Shown here: positions 45,996 through 53,869 of the stretch, in pieces
Numbering within the stretch: position 1 is the stretch's first letter
Layout: each line of letters opens with the position of its first letter
Position numbers and translations under genes: made by a program
Source of the DNA: Bacillota bacterium
GTDB taxonomy: Bacteria > Bacillota > Clostridia > CAKSNL01 > HGM11501
Length of the DNA: 53,869 nucleotides
Assembly (NCBI GenBank): GCA_030705805.1
Contig: JAUZPY010000002.1
Location: 1-53,869 of the forward strand
Direction: 5' to 3'
Notes under the pieces: generated by a model
What the model saw: only the letters and a program-made list of their open reading frames with translations
What the model was told of the DNA's origin: nothing
Databases searched by the model: none

Positions 45996-46135
45996 CATAT
46001 CCTAATTCTTATTATAGTATAACAAAAAGGTAGATTCATGGTGGTTTTCCATGTGTCTACCTTTAGTTTCACTATTGGAATTTGCCGGGGGACATATCAC
46101 CGCATACAGAGTTGATGCCTATTGATTCTCATCTT

Positions 46136-46906
46136 TTATATTGATTCTTTTGGAAAAGAAAATTCAAGGCCATTTGTTTTTGCGTATTTGCAAAGAGTGG
46201 TGAGCTGTAAGCCAATGGGGCTTTTTGAAAAACAATACTCATGAGAAAAAAATTCAAAGTGCCTGTTATCTGTAATTTTTGATTTAAAATCCTTACTTGC
46301 AAGATATTCATCCAAGTCCGGCATAAGCTCAAAGCGTTTTTCACTTAAAAAGAAGGTGAGGCCATTTTTTTCGTCTTTATATTTACCGGTTCTTATAAGC
46401 TCTTCGTTTTTGTCAGCCGGTAAATAATATTCAAGTCTGGTGTCATCAGCACATAAAAGTCCCTCAATTCCCGGAACATGATTTTTTAATGCTACTATGC
46501 CTTCTTCATCACCTGTACAATAGCTTAAACGGGGACAGGTATCTATACAGTCAATGGAGGATATGCGGATCAATTCATCTGTTACAAGACTATAATCCCT
46601 CTTAAGGGTACCAAACATATCCTTTGCATATTTGCTGTTTTCGTTTTTTCCATGAAAACCAAGCTTTAACCAACCGCTGTTTTTATTAAATTCTTCTGAA
46701 AAACGGTCAGTGCACATTGAGAGATTAAAGGTTTTGTTTCCGTTTTCATAAAAACAATATAAACTAAGTTTAAGCCCGTATTCTTCATGAAGATTATAAA
46801 AAGATCGAAGAAGGGGATTATTAAAAATAGATTCATAGGATTTATTTTTAGTAATATCTTCAAAAATTCCAATTGTGTCATCTACTGAAAAGTGAATTTT
46901 GTTCAC
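46136..46906 (-). CDS. Hypothetical protein, possibly deacetylase-fold (CE4-like)
   Basis: IHFSVDD ... LGFHG ... pattern. No signal peptide. Weak assignment, by eye. Confidence 0.4.
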   Translation of the reverse strand: MNKIHFSVDDTIGIFEDITKNKSYESIFNNPLLRSFYNLHEEYGLKLSLYCFYENGNKTFNLSMCTDRFSEEFNKNSGWLKLGFHGKNENSKYAKDMFGTLKRDYSLVTDELIRISSIDCIDTCPRLSYCTGDEEGIVALKNHVPGIEGLLCADDTRLEYYLPADKNEELIRTGKYKDEKNGLTFFLSEKRFELMPDLDEYLASKDFKSKITDNRHFEFFSHEYCFSKSPIGLQLTTLCKYAKTNGLEFSFPKESI

Positions 46907-47138
46907 TTAAAATCACCCTTTTTTTATTAATTATAAATTACTTCGTAATTTTTTTCTAAAGGAAATAACTTTCGGTTTTTCTTCGCTCATCGGTAAAGTC
47001 TATACCATAAATTACTCCGTAATAACTTTTACATCGCTAAGTTATTATAACACTATAATATAACCAATGCAATAATAAACCGATGGTTTTCATGGTACAA
47101 TAAAAAAGGCTTCATTTTAAAATGCAGCCTTTTTTATT

Positions 47139-47214
47139 TGGAGCTGTTAGGCAGATTCGAACTGCCGACCTCATCCTTACCAAGGATGTGCTCTGCCGAC
47201 TGAGCTATAACAGC
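47139..47214 (-). tRNA. trnT: tRNA-Thr (anticodon GGT)
   Basis: The reverse complement is GCTGTTATAGCTCAGTCGGCAGAGCACATCCTTGGTAAGGATGAGGTCGGCAGTTCGAATCTGCCTAACAGCTCCA. It folds as a cloverleaf with anticodon loop TTGGTAA. Confidence 0.93.
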
Positions 47215-47234
47215 AAACACGCGGTATAAGCCCT

Positions 47235-47263
47235 ATTTTAGCATGTTTTACGCCATTTGTCAA
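47235..47263 (-). promoter_or_regulatory. Promoter for tRNA-Thr
   Basis: On the minus strand: TTGACA (47263-47258), a 17-nt spacer, TAAAAT (47240-47235). Confidence 0.7.
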
Positions 47264-47441
47264 CCATATTGTAATACTTTTTAAGGCTTTCTTTCTGTAG
47301 CTGCCAACCATGTTTGAAAGCTACAGAAAATAAAACCACTTATTTTTTTTGTTGTTTACAAAGACTGCCAAAGTATGTTATAGTAGGTATATAATGTATT
47401 ATTTAATCATAAGTAAGTATAAAAACTAAGGAGTGAATATT

Positions 47442-49031
47442 TTGAAAAAACTATTATGTTTGTTTCTCACAGTACTTTTTGTTTTGCCCACTGGAATTTA
47501 TGCTAACGAGGAAGAACCCCCGAAACCAATAAAGGTTCAGCTAAATGGCAGCTACTTGGAGCTTGATGTGCAGCCGACAATAATTGATGACAGGTTAATG
47601 ATTCCATTTAGATCTATAGCTGAAAAAATCGGAGTTTCTGTAGATTATAATAAGGATAGCAGGCAGGTAATTGCAAAAAAGGGCAAGGATACAATAACCT
47701 TTACTATAAACAAAAAATCTGTTGAGGTTTCAGGCAAGAATGGAGCCAAGACTATTGATATGGAAGTAGCCCCGGTTATATATAAAGACCGAACCTTGGT
47801 GCCGCTTCGCTTTTTTGCAGAGTCATTTGATATTGAGGTTGGCTGGGACTATTCAGAAAACACGGCTATTTTAGTAGATTATTCATATTTTGTAAATCAA
47901 ATAAAGGAAAAAGATTCAAACTTTTATAAGGCTATTAGCCTTGAAAAAGTAATTAGTAATGCTCATTACTCTACAACTTTTAACGAGGATATTGTTGCTA
48001 AGAGTGAAGTTTTCGGCGTAAATATACATGCAGGCAGCAATGTTGACGCAGATATAAAACAGGATGGTAAAAAAATATCTGCAGATGTTAATATATTAAA
48101 TAATGGATTATATAATTTGGCCACCTTTTATATGCAAACGCAGCGATACGGCGGGAATGAAAGCGATGAAGTCATAACCCCCGATTTTGATAAGCCTATG
48201 AATATAAAATTTATGCTAAATGATGAAACTCTCTTTGTAAAATCAGACTTTATTTTGGGGATGATATTAAATAGTTATAATTACAGCTTCTTAGATAAGG
48301 ATTATCGTGAGAAGCTTAAATCTAATTGGATAAAGCTATCTAATGATAATGCTATTTATGGTAATTCGGGTTTAGAGAATTTAGATTTAGAAAATTTGGA
48401 TGTTGATACAAGACTTGAATTGGCGGTAAAACAATTATTACAAATTGGTTATGAATATAAAGATTCAACAAATTATTTTGAAAATATTAATAAAAAGGTT
48501 ACTGCGTTTACAGAATTATTAAGCAATGATAACCTAGTCTTAAATTACAATGATGACGGCTCAGCCCATATCACATATAAGATCGACGAAAAAACCATTT
48601 ACAATGCAATTATGAAAATAGTTAATAGTATTGATGATGAAGATGAAAAAGAAGAAGCTACAAAAAATGTTAATCAGTATTTAAAAGTGCTGCATTTTAA
48701 TTTGGCCTATGATGCAAACATAAAAGACGGTATCGTTTTAGACGCTGCAGTTGATGCAACGGCTAAATTGGATAACATTCCAAATCAATATAATATGCAG
48801 ATAGGTACTATAGAGGCTAAGCTGAATGCTAAGAGCGTAAGCAGTGATATAGGTAAAGTAACTATAGCTGAATCTGACTTTCCATCAGAAAACGTTATAA
48901 GCCAGGAACAATTGGATCAGGAAGCATTGAAGGCAAGAGTAAAGCATTATACCGATTTAGGCTATACTGTTGACGAAAATGGCAATATTACAGATTATGA
49001 TGATTACTGTGAATTTTTAAAGGAAAAGTAA
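47442..49031 (+). CDS. Secreted protein with an N-terminal copper-amine-oxidase-N ('stalk') domain and an uncharacterised C-terminal region
   Basis: AAGGAG at 47428-47433, then TTG 47442 8 nt later. The ORF-track GTG at 47433 overlaps the RBS. Signal peptide present. Domain pattern LNGSYLELDVQPTIIDDRLMIPFRSIAEKIG ... YKDRTLVPLRFFAESF. Confidence 0.7.
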   Translation: MKKLLCLFLTVLFVLPTGIYANEEEPPKPIKVQLNGSYLELDVQPTIIDDRLMIPFRSIAEKIGVSVDYNKDSRQVIAKKGKDTITFTINKKSVEVSGKNGAKTIDMEVAPVIYKDRTLVPLRFFAESFDIEVGWDYSENTAILVDYSYFVNQIKEKDSNFYKAISLEKVISNAHYSTTFNEDIVAKSEVFGVNIHAGSNVDADIKQDGKKISADVNILNNGLYNLATFYMQTQRYGGNESDEVITPDFDKPMNIKFMLNDETLFVKSDFILGMILNSYNYSFLDKDYREKLKSNWIKLSNDNAIYGNSGLENLDLENLDVDTRLELAVKQLLQIGYEYKDSTNYFENINKKVTAFTELLSNDNLVLNYNDDGSAHITYKIDEKTIYNAIMKIVNSIDDEDEKEEATKNVNQYLKVLHFNLAYDANIKDGIVLDAAVDATAKLDNIPNQYNMQIGTIEAKLNAKSVSSDIGKVTIAESDFPSENVISQEQLDQEALKARVKHYTDLGYTVDENGNITDYDDYCEFLKEK

Positions 49032-49060
49032 ATAAAAGCATAAAATATCTTCAAATTACG

Positions 49061-49101
49061 CAAAACTGGCATCGCTTTTCAAACGGTGCCAGTTTTGTTT
49101 T
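49061..49101 (+). terminator. Rho-independent terminator
   Basis: Stem CAAAACTGGCA / TGCCAGTTTTG plus TTTT. Confidence 0.8.
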
Positions 49102-49165
49102 AAGGAACGCATTTTTTAGGTTTTATATAATTTTCCTTGGATTCGTATAAATTAATAAGAGTGAA

Positions 49166-49194
49166 TTGACTAATAATAACTAAGATGGTATAAT
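49166..49194 (+). promoter_or_regulatory. Strong extended -10 promoter of the three-gene cassette
   Basis: TTGACT at 49166-49171, a 17-nt spacer ending in TG, TATAAT at 49189-49194. Confidence 0.65.
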
Positions 49195-49326
49195 TATAAA
49201 AATAATATGATTTTTGGCACGTGTTATTAAAGTCATTTTTACTAAGGTGATTTGAATAATATGTGCTTTTATTCTCCTAAAAAAATAATGGAGAAAGATG
49301 CGGGCAAAGTAAAGGAGCATGATATT

Positions 49327-50217
49327 ATGGTAGTCTCCACCAAGTTATTAAAAATGCAGCTAGCATTGTTTAAGTCTTTTGTTGACGGATGCAATATTGA
49401 AACAATGAGATTTGCTCAAAACAAAATAGGAAAGCTTATGGCAAAAGCTAATAAAGATAAAGTCTGCTATAAAAAAAAGATCTTTCCCAAATTTGCCGGA
49501 GAATGGATAATGCCCAAGATAAAAAAACTTGACGGTGTGATTTTATATTTACATGGGGGAGGATATGTAGCAGGAGATTTAGAATATTCAAAGGGACTTG
49601 GAACAGCTTTGTCTGCTAAAAATGGTATCAGAGTTTTTTGCCCTGCATACAGGCTGGCTCCGGAAAATCCTTTTCCGGCTGCTTTAGAGGATGCTCTTTG
49701 CTCATATAAGTATTTAATAAAGTTAGGTTACACGAAGAAAATCGTACTATGCGGAGAATCTGCAGGAGGAGGTCTTATATATTCGCTATGTCTAAAATTA
49801 AAAGACTTAAAAATGCCTTTGCCAAAAGGCATAATTGGTATTTCTCCCTGGGCAGATTTAACAAGTTCAGGCAAATCATATGAAGAGAACAAAAAAAATG
49901 ATCCATCAATGACAAAAGAGAGGCTAAAGTTTTATGCATCTATGTATTCTAAAGACTTAAAGAATCCATATGTTTCTCCGGTATTTGGAGATTTAAGCTC
50001 TCTGCCCAAATCTTTAAATTTTGTGGGAGAAAGTGAAGTAATGCTTGATGATGCTAAAATGCTGCATAAAAAGCTTTTAGAATATGGCTGTAAATCTGAA
50101 TTGGTAGTTAAGCATTCAATGTGGCACGTATATATTTTGTATGGAGTTAAGGAATCAAAGGATGATTATTCTAAAATTTCCCGGTTTTTGATGGAGGTCT
50201 TAAATGAAAAACAATAA
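49327..50217 (+). CDS. Alpha/beta hydrolase, hormone-sensitive-lipase-type esterase
   Basis: HGGGY oxyanion motif and GESAGG nucleophile elbow. The start is ambiguous: AAGGAG lies 9 nt before ATG 49327, and upstream in-frame starts exist at 49252 and 49261. Confidence 0.75.
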   Translation: MVVSTKLLKMQLALFKSFVDGCNIETMRFAQNKIGKLMAKANKDKVCYKKKIFPKFAGEWIMPKIKKLDGVILYLHGGGYVAGDLEYSKGLGTALSAKNGIRVFCPAYRLAPENPFPAALEDALCSYKYLIKLGYTKKIVLCGESAGGGLIYSLCLKLKDLKMPLPKGIIGISPWADLTSSGKSYEENKKNDPSMTKERLKFYASMYSKDLKNPYVSPVFGDLSSLPKSLNFVGESEVMLDDAKMLHKKLLEYGCKSELVVKHSMWHVYILYGVKESKDDYSKISRFLMEVLNEKQ

Positions 50218-51487
50218 CAAGAAGTGGCTGCGGCTTGATAATGCAGCAAAGATATATCCTGCTACAAAACGAAAAAACTGGAGTAATGTATTCAGACTTT
50301 CAATAAGTTTAAAGGAAGATATCGACGTAACAGTATTGCAAAAAGCAGTAGATACTACCATAAAAAGATTTCCTTCTATTGCTGTATGCCTTAAAAGAGG
50401 CTTCTTTTGGTTTTATTTGGAACAAGTTGAAAAAGCACCGAAAGTTCAGGCTGAAAAGCCTTACCCTTGCTCTCAAATGAGTTATAAAGAAATGAAAAAG
50501 TGCTCTTTTAGAGTTCTTTACTATAAGAATAGAATTGCAATTGAATTTTTTCACGCATTAACTGATGGCAATGGGGGACTTGTATTTTTAAAAACCTTAG
50601 CGGCAGAATACATCACTCAAAAATATGGCACAATTGTTGAGAACGTCGACGGTGTTTTAAACAGGGAAGATGTACCGAAAGACGAGGAAATTGAAGACAG
50701 TTTTTTAAAGTATGACGGAGAAGTATCTAAAAGCCGTAAAGAAAAAACAGCATATAAATTAAAAGGGACGGGGGAAGAGAGCGGCTACCGAAATTTAATT
50801 ACAGGTATTCTAGATGTTAATGAGGTGCTTGCTAAAGCTAAAGAATATAAAGTGAGCTTAACCACCTTTATTGCTTCCGTAATGATTTATGTAATTGAGG
50901 AAATACAAAAACAAGACATACCGCAAAGAAAAAAACAAAAACCTGTAAAAGTACTTATACCTGTTAATTTGCGCAATTTTTTTAATAGTGCATCCTTAAG
51001 AAATTTTGTATTATTTATAACGCCCGGCATTAATCCGAAGCTGGGTGAATATTCCTTTGATGAAATTGTCAGGTCTGTGCATCACGAAATGGGTTTTGAA
51101 TTGACCAGCAAGCAAATGGGGAGCAGAATAACCAAAAATGTTAAGGCTGAGAAACTGTTAGTCCTGAAACTCACGCCGCTTTTTATAAAAAATGTCGTTA
51201 TGAAAGCTGTTTATAAAACTGTTGGTGAAAAAAAGTCTTGTATTACATTGTCTAATTTAGGGGCAGTTACTCTTCCCTGTAACATGAAAAAATACGTAAG
51301 CAGAATAGACTTTGTTTTGGGTGTTCAAGCAACCTGCCCTAATAATTGTGGTATATTGTCTTATAACGGAAAATTATATATTAATTTTATAAGAAATATC
51401 AAGGAACCTACATTGGAAAGAAAGTTTTTTACCTTCTTAAAAGAAATGGGTCTTGATGTGGAAATTGAAAGTAATCAAAAGGACTGA
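50204..51487 (+). CDS. Condensation-domain-like acyltransferase (alcohol acetyltransferase / PapA5 / WS-DGAT type)
   Basis: FHALTDGNGG is an HxxxDG catalytic motif. 14-nt overlap with the hydrolase gene. Confidence 0.65.
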   Translation: MKNNNKKWLRLDNAAKIYPATKRKNWSNVFRLSISLKEDIDVTVLQKAVDTTIKRFPSIAVCLKRGFFWFYLEQVEKAPKVQAEKPYPCSQMSYKEMKKCSFRVLYYKNRIAIEFFHALTDGNGGLVFLKTLAAEYITQKYGTIVENVDGVLNREDVPKDEEIEDSFLKYDGEVSKSRKEKTAYKLKGTGEESGYRNLITGILDVNEVLAKAKEYKVSLTTFIASVMIYVIEEIQKQDIPQRKKQKPVKVLIPVNLRNFFNSASLRNFVLFITPGINPKLGEYSFDEIVRSVHHEMGFELTSKQMGSRITKNVKAEKLLVLKLTPLFIKNVVMKAVYKTVGEKKSCITLSNLGAVTLPCNMKKYVSRIDFVLGVQATCPNNCGILSYNGKLYINFIRNIKEPTLERKFFTFLKEMGLDVEIESNQKD

Positions 51488-51496
51488 GGTGGAGTT

Positions 51497-52189
51497 ATGG
51501 CATATTGTGTAAAATGCGGAGTTAAACTTTCGGGAGGGAAAAATAAATGTCCTCTCTGCGGGACTAAGGTGTATAATGTTGAAGAAAAAAGAACTACAGA
51601 CAGGCCATTTCCCAAATATGTAGAGCCAAGAAGCCAAAGAGTTAGCAAAAAAAGTGTTGTTTCTCTTATCTCGTTACTGTTTATGCTTCCTATGTATTTA
51701 GCTGTTGTATGCGATATAACAATTAATAAAACGCTTATCTGGTCCGGCTACGTAATAGGAGCATTTTTAGTTCTGGGCATAGCTATAACAGTGCCTATTA
51801 TTACAGAGTTTAAAAGGAAATACTTATGTGCCTTTTTAGATGGACTTTGTTTGGCTATCTATCTATACTATATTGAAATTTCGTGTAATGGCTATTGGTT
51901 TTTAGGACTCGCGCTTCCTATAATTATATTAATTACACTTATGGTTATTAATATCATGGCACTTTTAAAAAAAGCCTCAGCGCTTAAGATAGCAGCATCA
52001 ATTTTTATAATGCTGGGTCTTTTGTGTCTTGCAATAGAAGTTTTTGTAAATATGACTTTTAAGGTAAGAACTCATTTGGCATGGAGCGTGTATCCTTTAA
52101 TAACAAACATTATCCTATCCGTAGGTTTATTAATTATTGATAAGAGTGAAGCTCTTAAAGAAAAATTGGAAAAGAAGTTTTTTATTTAA
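51497..52189 (+). CDS. Zinc-ribbon membrane protein (N-terminal CxxC-x-CxxC, then ~5 TM segments)
   Basis: MAYCVKCGVKLSGGKNKCPLCG followed by hydrophobic segments. Confidence 0.6.
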   Translation: MAYCVKCGVKLSGGKNKCPLCGTKVYNVEEKRTTDRPFPKYVEPRSQRVSKKSVVSLISLLFMLPMYLAVVCDITINKTLIWSGYVIGAFLVLGIAITVPIITEFKRKYLCAFLDGLCLAIYLYYIEISCNGYWFLGLALPIIILITLMVINIMALLKKASALKIAASIFIMLGLLCLAIEVFVNMTFKVRTHLAWSVYPLITNIILSVGLLIIDKSEALKEKLEKKFFI

Positions 52190-52206
52190 CTTATGCTAAT
52201 TTAAAA

Positions 52207-52243
52207 AGACTTGCTGCATTAATCACGCGGCAAGTCTTTTTTT
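52207..52243 (+). terminator. Rho-independent terminator
   Basis: Stem AGACTTGC / GCAAGTCT plus a T7 run. Confidence 0.75.
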
Positions 52244-52353
52244 AAAATCAAATTTGCAGAAAAACTTACTTAAAATTTTCCGGATATAACAATGGAACTT
52301 AAAGCTTATGTTTTTCATAAGATAATATAAAATAAATTAAAAAGGAGATTTAA

Positions 52354-52920
52354 ATGTATATTCATTCATGCTGCTACAACGAATGTGATCTGGATAAAAG
52401 CGTAAGTGTTCCAATGGAGCTTTATGAATCTTGTCTGGGAAAATATTTCATTGGATATGCAGATAATTTATTACTGGGGAATGGAAAAAGTTGCTGGGCA
52501 AGGTTATATAACCCAATTGATTCCGGAGTAAATTTACATGTTAATGTCTGGACTGTAACAGATATTTCCACATCACCGTTCAGAGCTCAGTTTTGGTTTA
52601 ACTCAACACCTCCCGGAGAGCCCAGCGAATCTCCCGTAACACCCTCAAATACTGCAATATTTCCCCTGCCCGAACCAAAAGTAAAATTGCAGAGTGCCTC
52701 TAGCGTTGAAGGAGAGCCTGAAGGCGGCATAAAAGCATTTGTTCGCAGAGGGGAAAGCGGCACTACTTTAGTAGAGGCAGAAAATGGAAAGCTGATATTT
52801 CCGCCCGGAGGTTCGTTCTTGGTGTTTCTTTCTCTTACCGGGGATGAAAGCGTTTCAGCAGAAGGAAGAGTAGCTTTTGGCTGGTGGGAGGAAAAAATTA
52901 CGGATTGTTGCATTAGCTGA
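52354..52920 (+). CDS. Hypothetical protein with cysteine pairs at both ends and a Pro/Glu/Ser-rich centre
   Basis: AAGGAG RBS. Visibly more G+C-rich than its neighbours. No family confidently recognised. Confidence 0.5.
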   Translation: MYIHSCCYNECDLDKSVSVPMELYESCLGKYFIGYADNLLLGNGKSCWARLYNPIDSGVNLHVNVWTVTDISTSPFRAQFWFNSTPPGEPSESPVTPSNTAIFPLPEPKVKLQSASSVEGEPEGGIKAFVRRGESGTTLVEAENGKLIFPPGGSFLVFLSLTGDESVSAEGRVAFGWWEEKITDCCIS

Positions 52921-52999
52921 TTTTTTTAGTCTAATATGTGGAATGATAAAATCACAATAGCATAAAAGTAAATAGAAGGTTTTAAATCAATAAAAGGGG

Positions 53000-53027
53000 C
53001 ACGCCAAGTCAAGGCGTGTTCTTTTTA
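53000..53027 (+). terminator. Rho-independent terminator
   Basis: Stem CACGCC / GGCGTG followed by TTCTTTTT. Confidence 0.7.
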
Positions 53028-53056
53028 TTGCAATAGGGGGAAAAAAATGCTATAAT
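53028..53056 (+). promoter_or_regulatory. Extended -10 promoter reading into the repeat element and topB
   Basis: TTGCAA at 53028-53033, a 17-nt spacer ending in TGC, TATAAT at 53051-53056. Confidence 0.55.
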
Positions 53057-53395
53057 AGACCTGTCCGCTCATGGCGGCATAAAGTAAGATTTTCTGTCTT
53101 GCAAAGCGAGATGTAAGCAAGATTTTTTTATTTTTGCTTCGCAGGTTTTTTATCCTTGCTTGTGCACTGAAAGACAAAAAATCTGCGAGAAATCTGCAAG
53201 CTAAGCAAGATTTTCTGTTTCGCAAAGCAAGATGTAAGCAAGACAAAAAATCTGCTATAATTGGTCTTTTTCCCACTGGGTCGCTTAGGTCAGAACCCAC
53301 CAATACACAAATTATTGGCAGAACCTGCCTGCACCACACGACAGAAAAAATCCTCAATGATCCGCTTTAAGACTTGGTTAGCGGACAGGCATAAT
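53051..53395. repeat. Structured non-coding element, copy 2, expanded by a ~180-bp internally repetitive insert
   Basis: Shares its termini (TATAATAGACCTGTCC ... GCGGACAGG) and core blocks with 386-549. Internal 37-nt repeats at 53086-53122 and 53207-53243 match at 34 of 37 positions. Confidence 0.6.
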
Positions 53396-53419
53396 GAAAA
53401 AATGAAAGGACGTGGAGTG

Positions 53420-53869
53420 ATGTCTAAAACTTTAGTCTTAGCCGAGAAGCCTTCAGTAGGGCGTGAGCTTGCCCGAGTACTTGGATGTAATTTAAGGAAA
53501 GAAGGCTACATTGAAGGCAATAGATATATCGTAACTTGGGCCCTTGGACACCTTGTAACCTTAGCAGACCCTGAAAAGTATGGGGATGAATATAAACAGT
53601 GGAACTTAGAGACTCTGCCGATGCTCCCTGACAAAATGGAACTTGTAGTTATCAAGGAAACCTCTAAGCAATTTAAAGTTGTAAAAGACTTAATGAAAAA
53701 TGAAGGGGTTTCAGAGCTCATAATTGCAACGGACGCAGGGCGTGAGGGAGAGCTGGTTGCCCGTTGGATTATTCAAAAAGCAGGCTTTAAAAAGCCTATT
53801 AAAAGACTTTGGATATCTTCCCAGACAGATAAAGCAATTAAAGAAGGGTTTGCAAGCTTAAAGCCTTCA
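53420..53869 (+). CDS. topB: DNA topoisomerase III, N-terminal 150 codons (continues beyond the window)
   Basis: GGAG RBS, then ATG 53420. Toprim start [22 protein letters not shown], then TWALGHLV and [14 protein letters not shown]. The frame is open to the window end. Confidence 0.85.
   Translation, partial: MSKTLVLAEKPSVGRELARVLGCNLRKEGYIEGNRYIVTWALGHLVTLADPEKYGDEYKQWNLETLPMLPDKMELVVIKETSKQFKVVKDLMKNEGVSELIIATDAGREGELVARWIIQKAGFKKPIKRLWISSQTDKAIKEGFASLKPS

Noticed and set aside
47293-47330. Hairpin TCTGTAGCT / AGCTACAGA between tRNA-Thr and the stalk-domain gene, as a terminator
   Set aside because: It has no downstream U-tract in either orientation. It may be an operator or simply fortuitous.
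53086-53243. Possible CRISPR-like repeats
   Set aside because: Only two 37-nt copies, with a 3-nt divergence. There is no regular repeat-spacer periodicity and no cas genes in the window.
53025-53370. 110-aa (-) and 78-aa (+) ORFs in the topB leader
   Set aside because: They are translations of internally repeated, low-complexity DNA within the repeat element. No RBS, and the two are mutually overlapping.
1-53869. Prophage, IS element or integrative island
   Set aside because: No integrase, transposase, recombinase, or phage structural or replication genes are recognisable on either strand. The only mobile-like signals are the small non-coding repeats reported above.

Overview
Chromosomal window from a low-GC Firmicute, probably Clostridia, judging by SLH-domain wall proteins, [FeFe]-hydrogenase maturases and copper-amine-oxidase-N 'stalk' proteins. 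Left to right: the 3' end of a flavoprotein gene; a solitary tRNA-Trp; a small AT-rich cassette with one membrane ORF; a pyrimidine operon pyrC-pyrK-pyrD-pyrF-pyrE-pyrB-pyrI behind an attenuator-like leader. Next comes a ~20 kb Wzx/Wzy-type glycan locus (8.4-28.5 kb). It carries two DegT-type aminotransferases, a LicD / IspD-like / D-2-hydroxyacid-dehydrogenase module, a PglC-like priming transferase with a FemAB-like gene, three GT4 genes and a WbpA/B/D/E-like diacetamido-uronic-acid cassette interrupted by two uncharacterised genes. It also has Wzy, an O-acetyltransferase, Wzx and an uncharacterised nucleotidyltransferase. After it: GH4 and CE15-like enzymes; two SLH proteins; a convergent regulator-hydE-hydG-hydF operon plus a rubredoxin gene missing from the ORF track; tRNA-Val; an SLH protein with five tandem ~110-aa repeats; a DUF554 protein; an orphan lipoprotein solute-binding protein behind a perfect 34-bp palindrome; tRNA-Thr; a hydrolase / acyltransferase / zinc-ribbon membrane cassette; a GC-rich orphan ORF; and the 5' end of topB behind a repeat-rich leader. 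I saw no transposase, integrase, CRISPR array or rRNA. The best candidates for undescribed biology are three parts of the glycan locus: the CDP-activation module, the FemAB-like partner of the priming transferase, and the wbp cassette insert. The other two candidates are a structured repeat element present in two copies (386-549 and 53051-53395) and the three-gene acyl-remodelling cassette. All family assignments were made by eye from motifs; no searches or computations were run.
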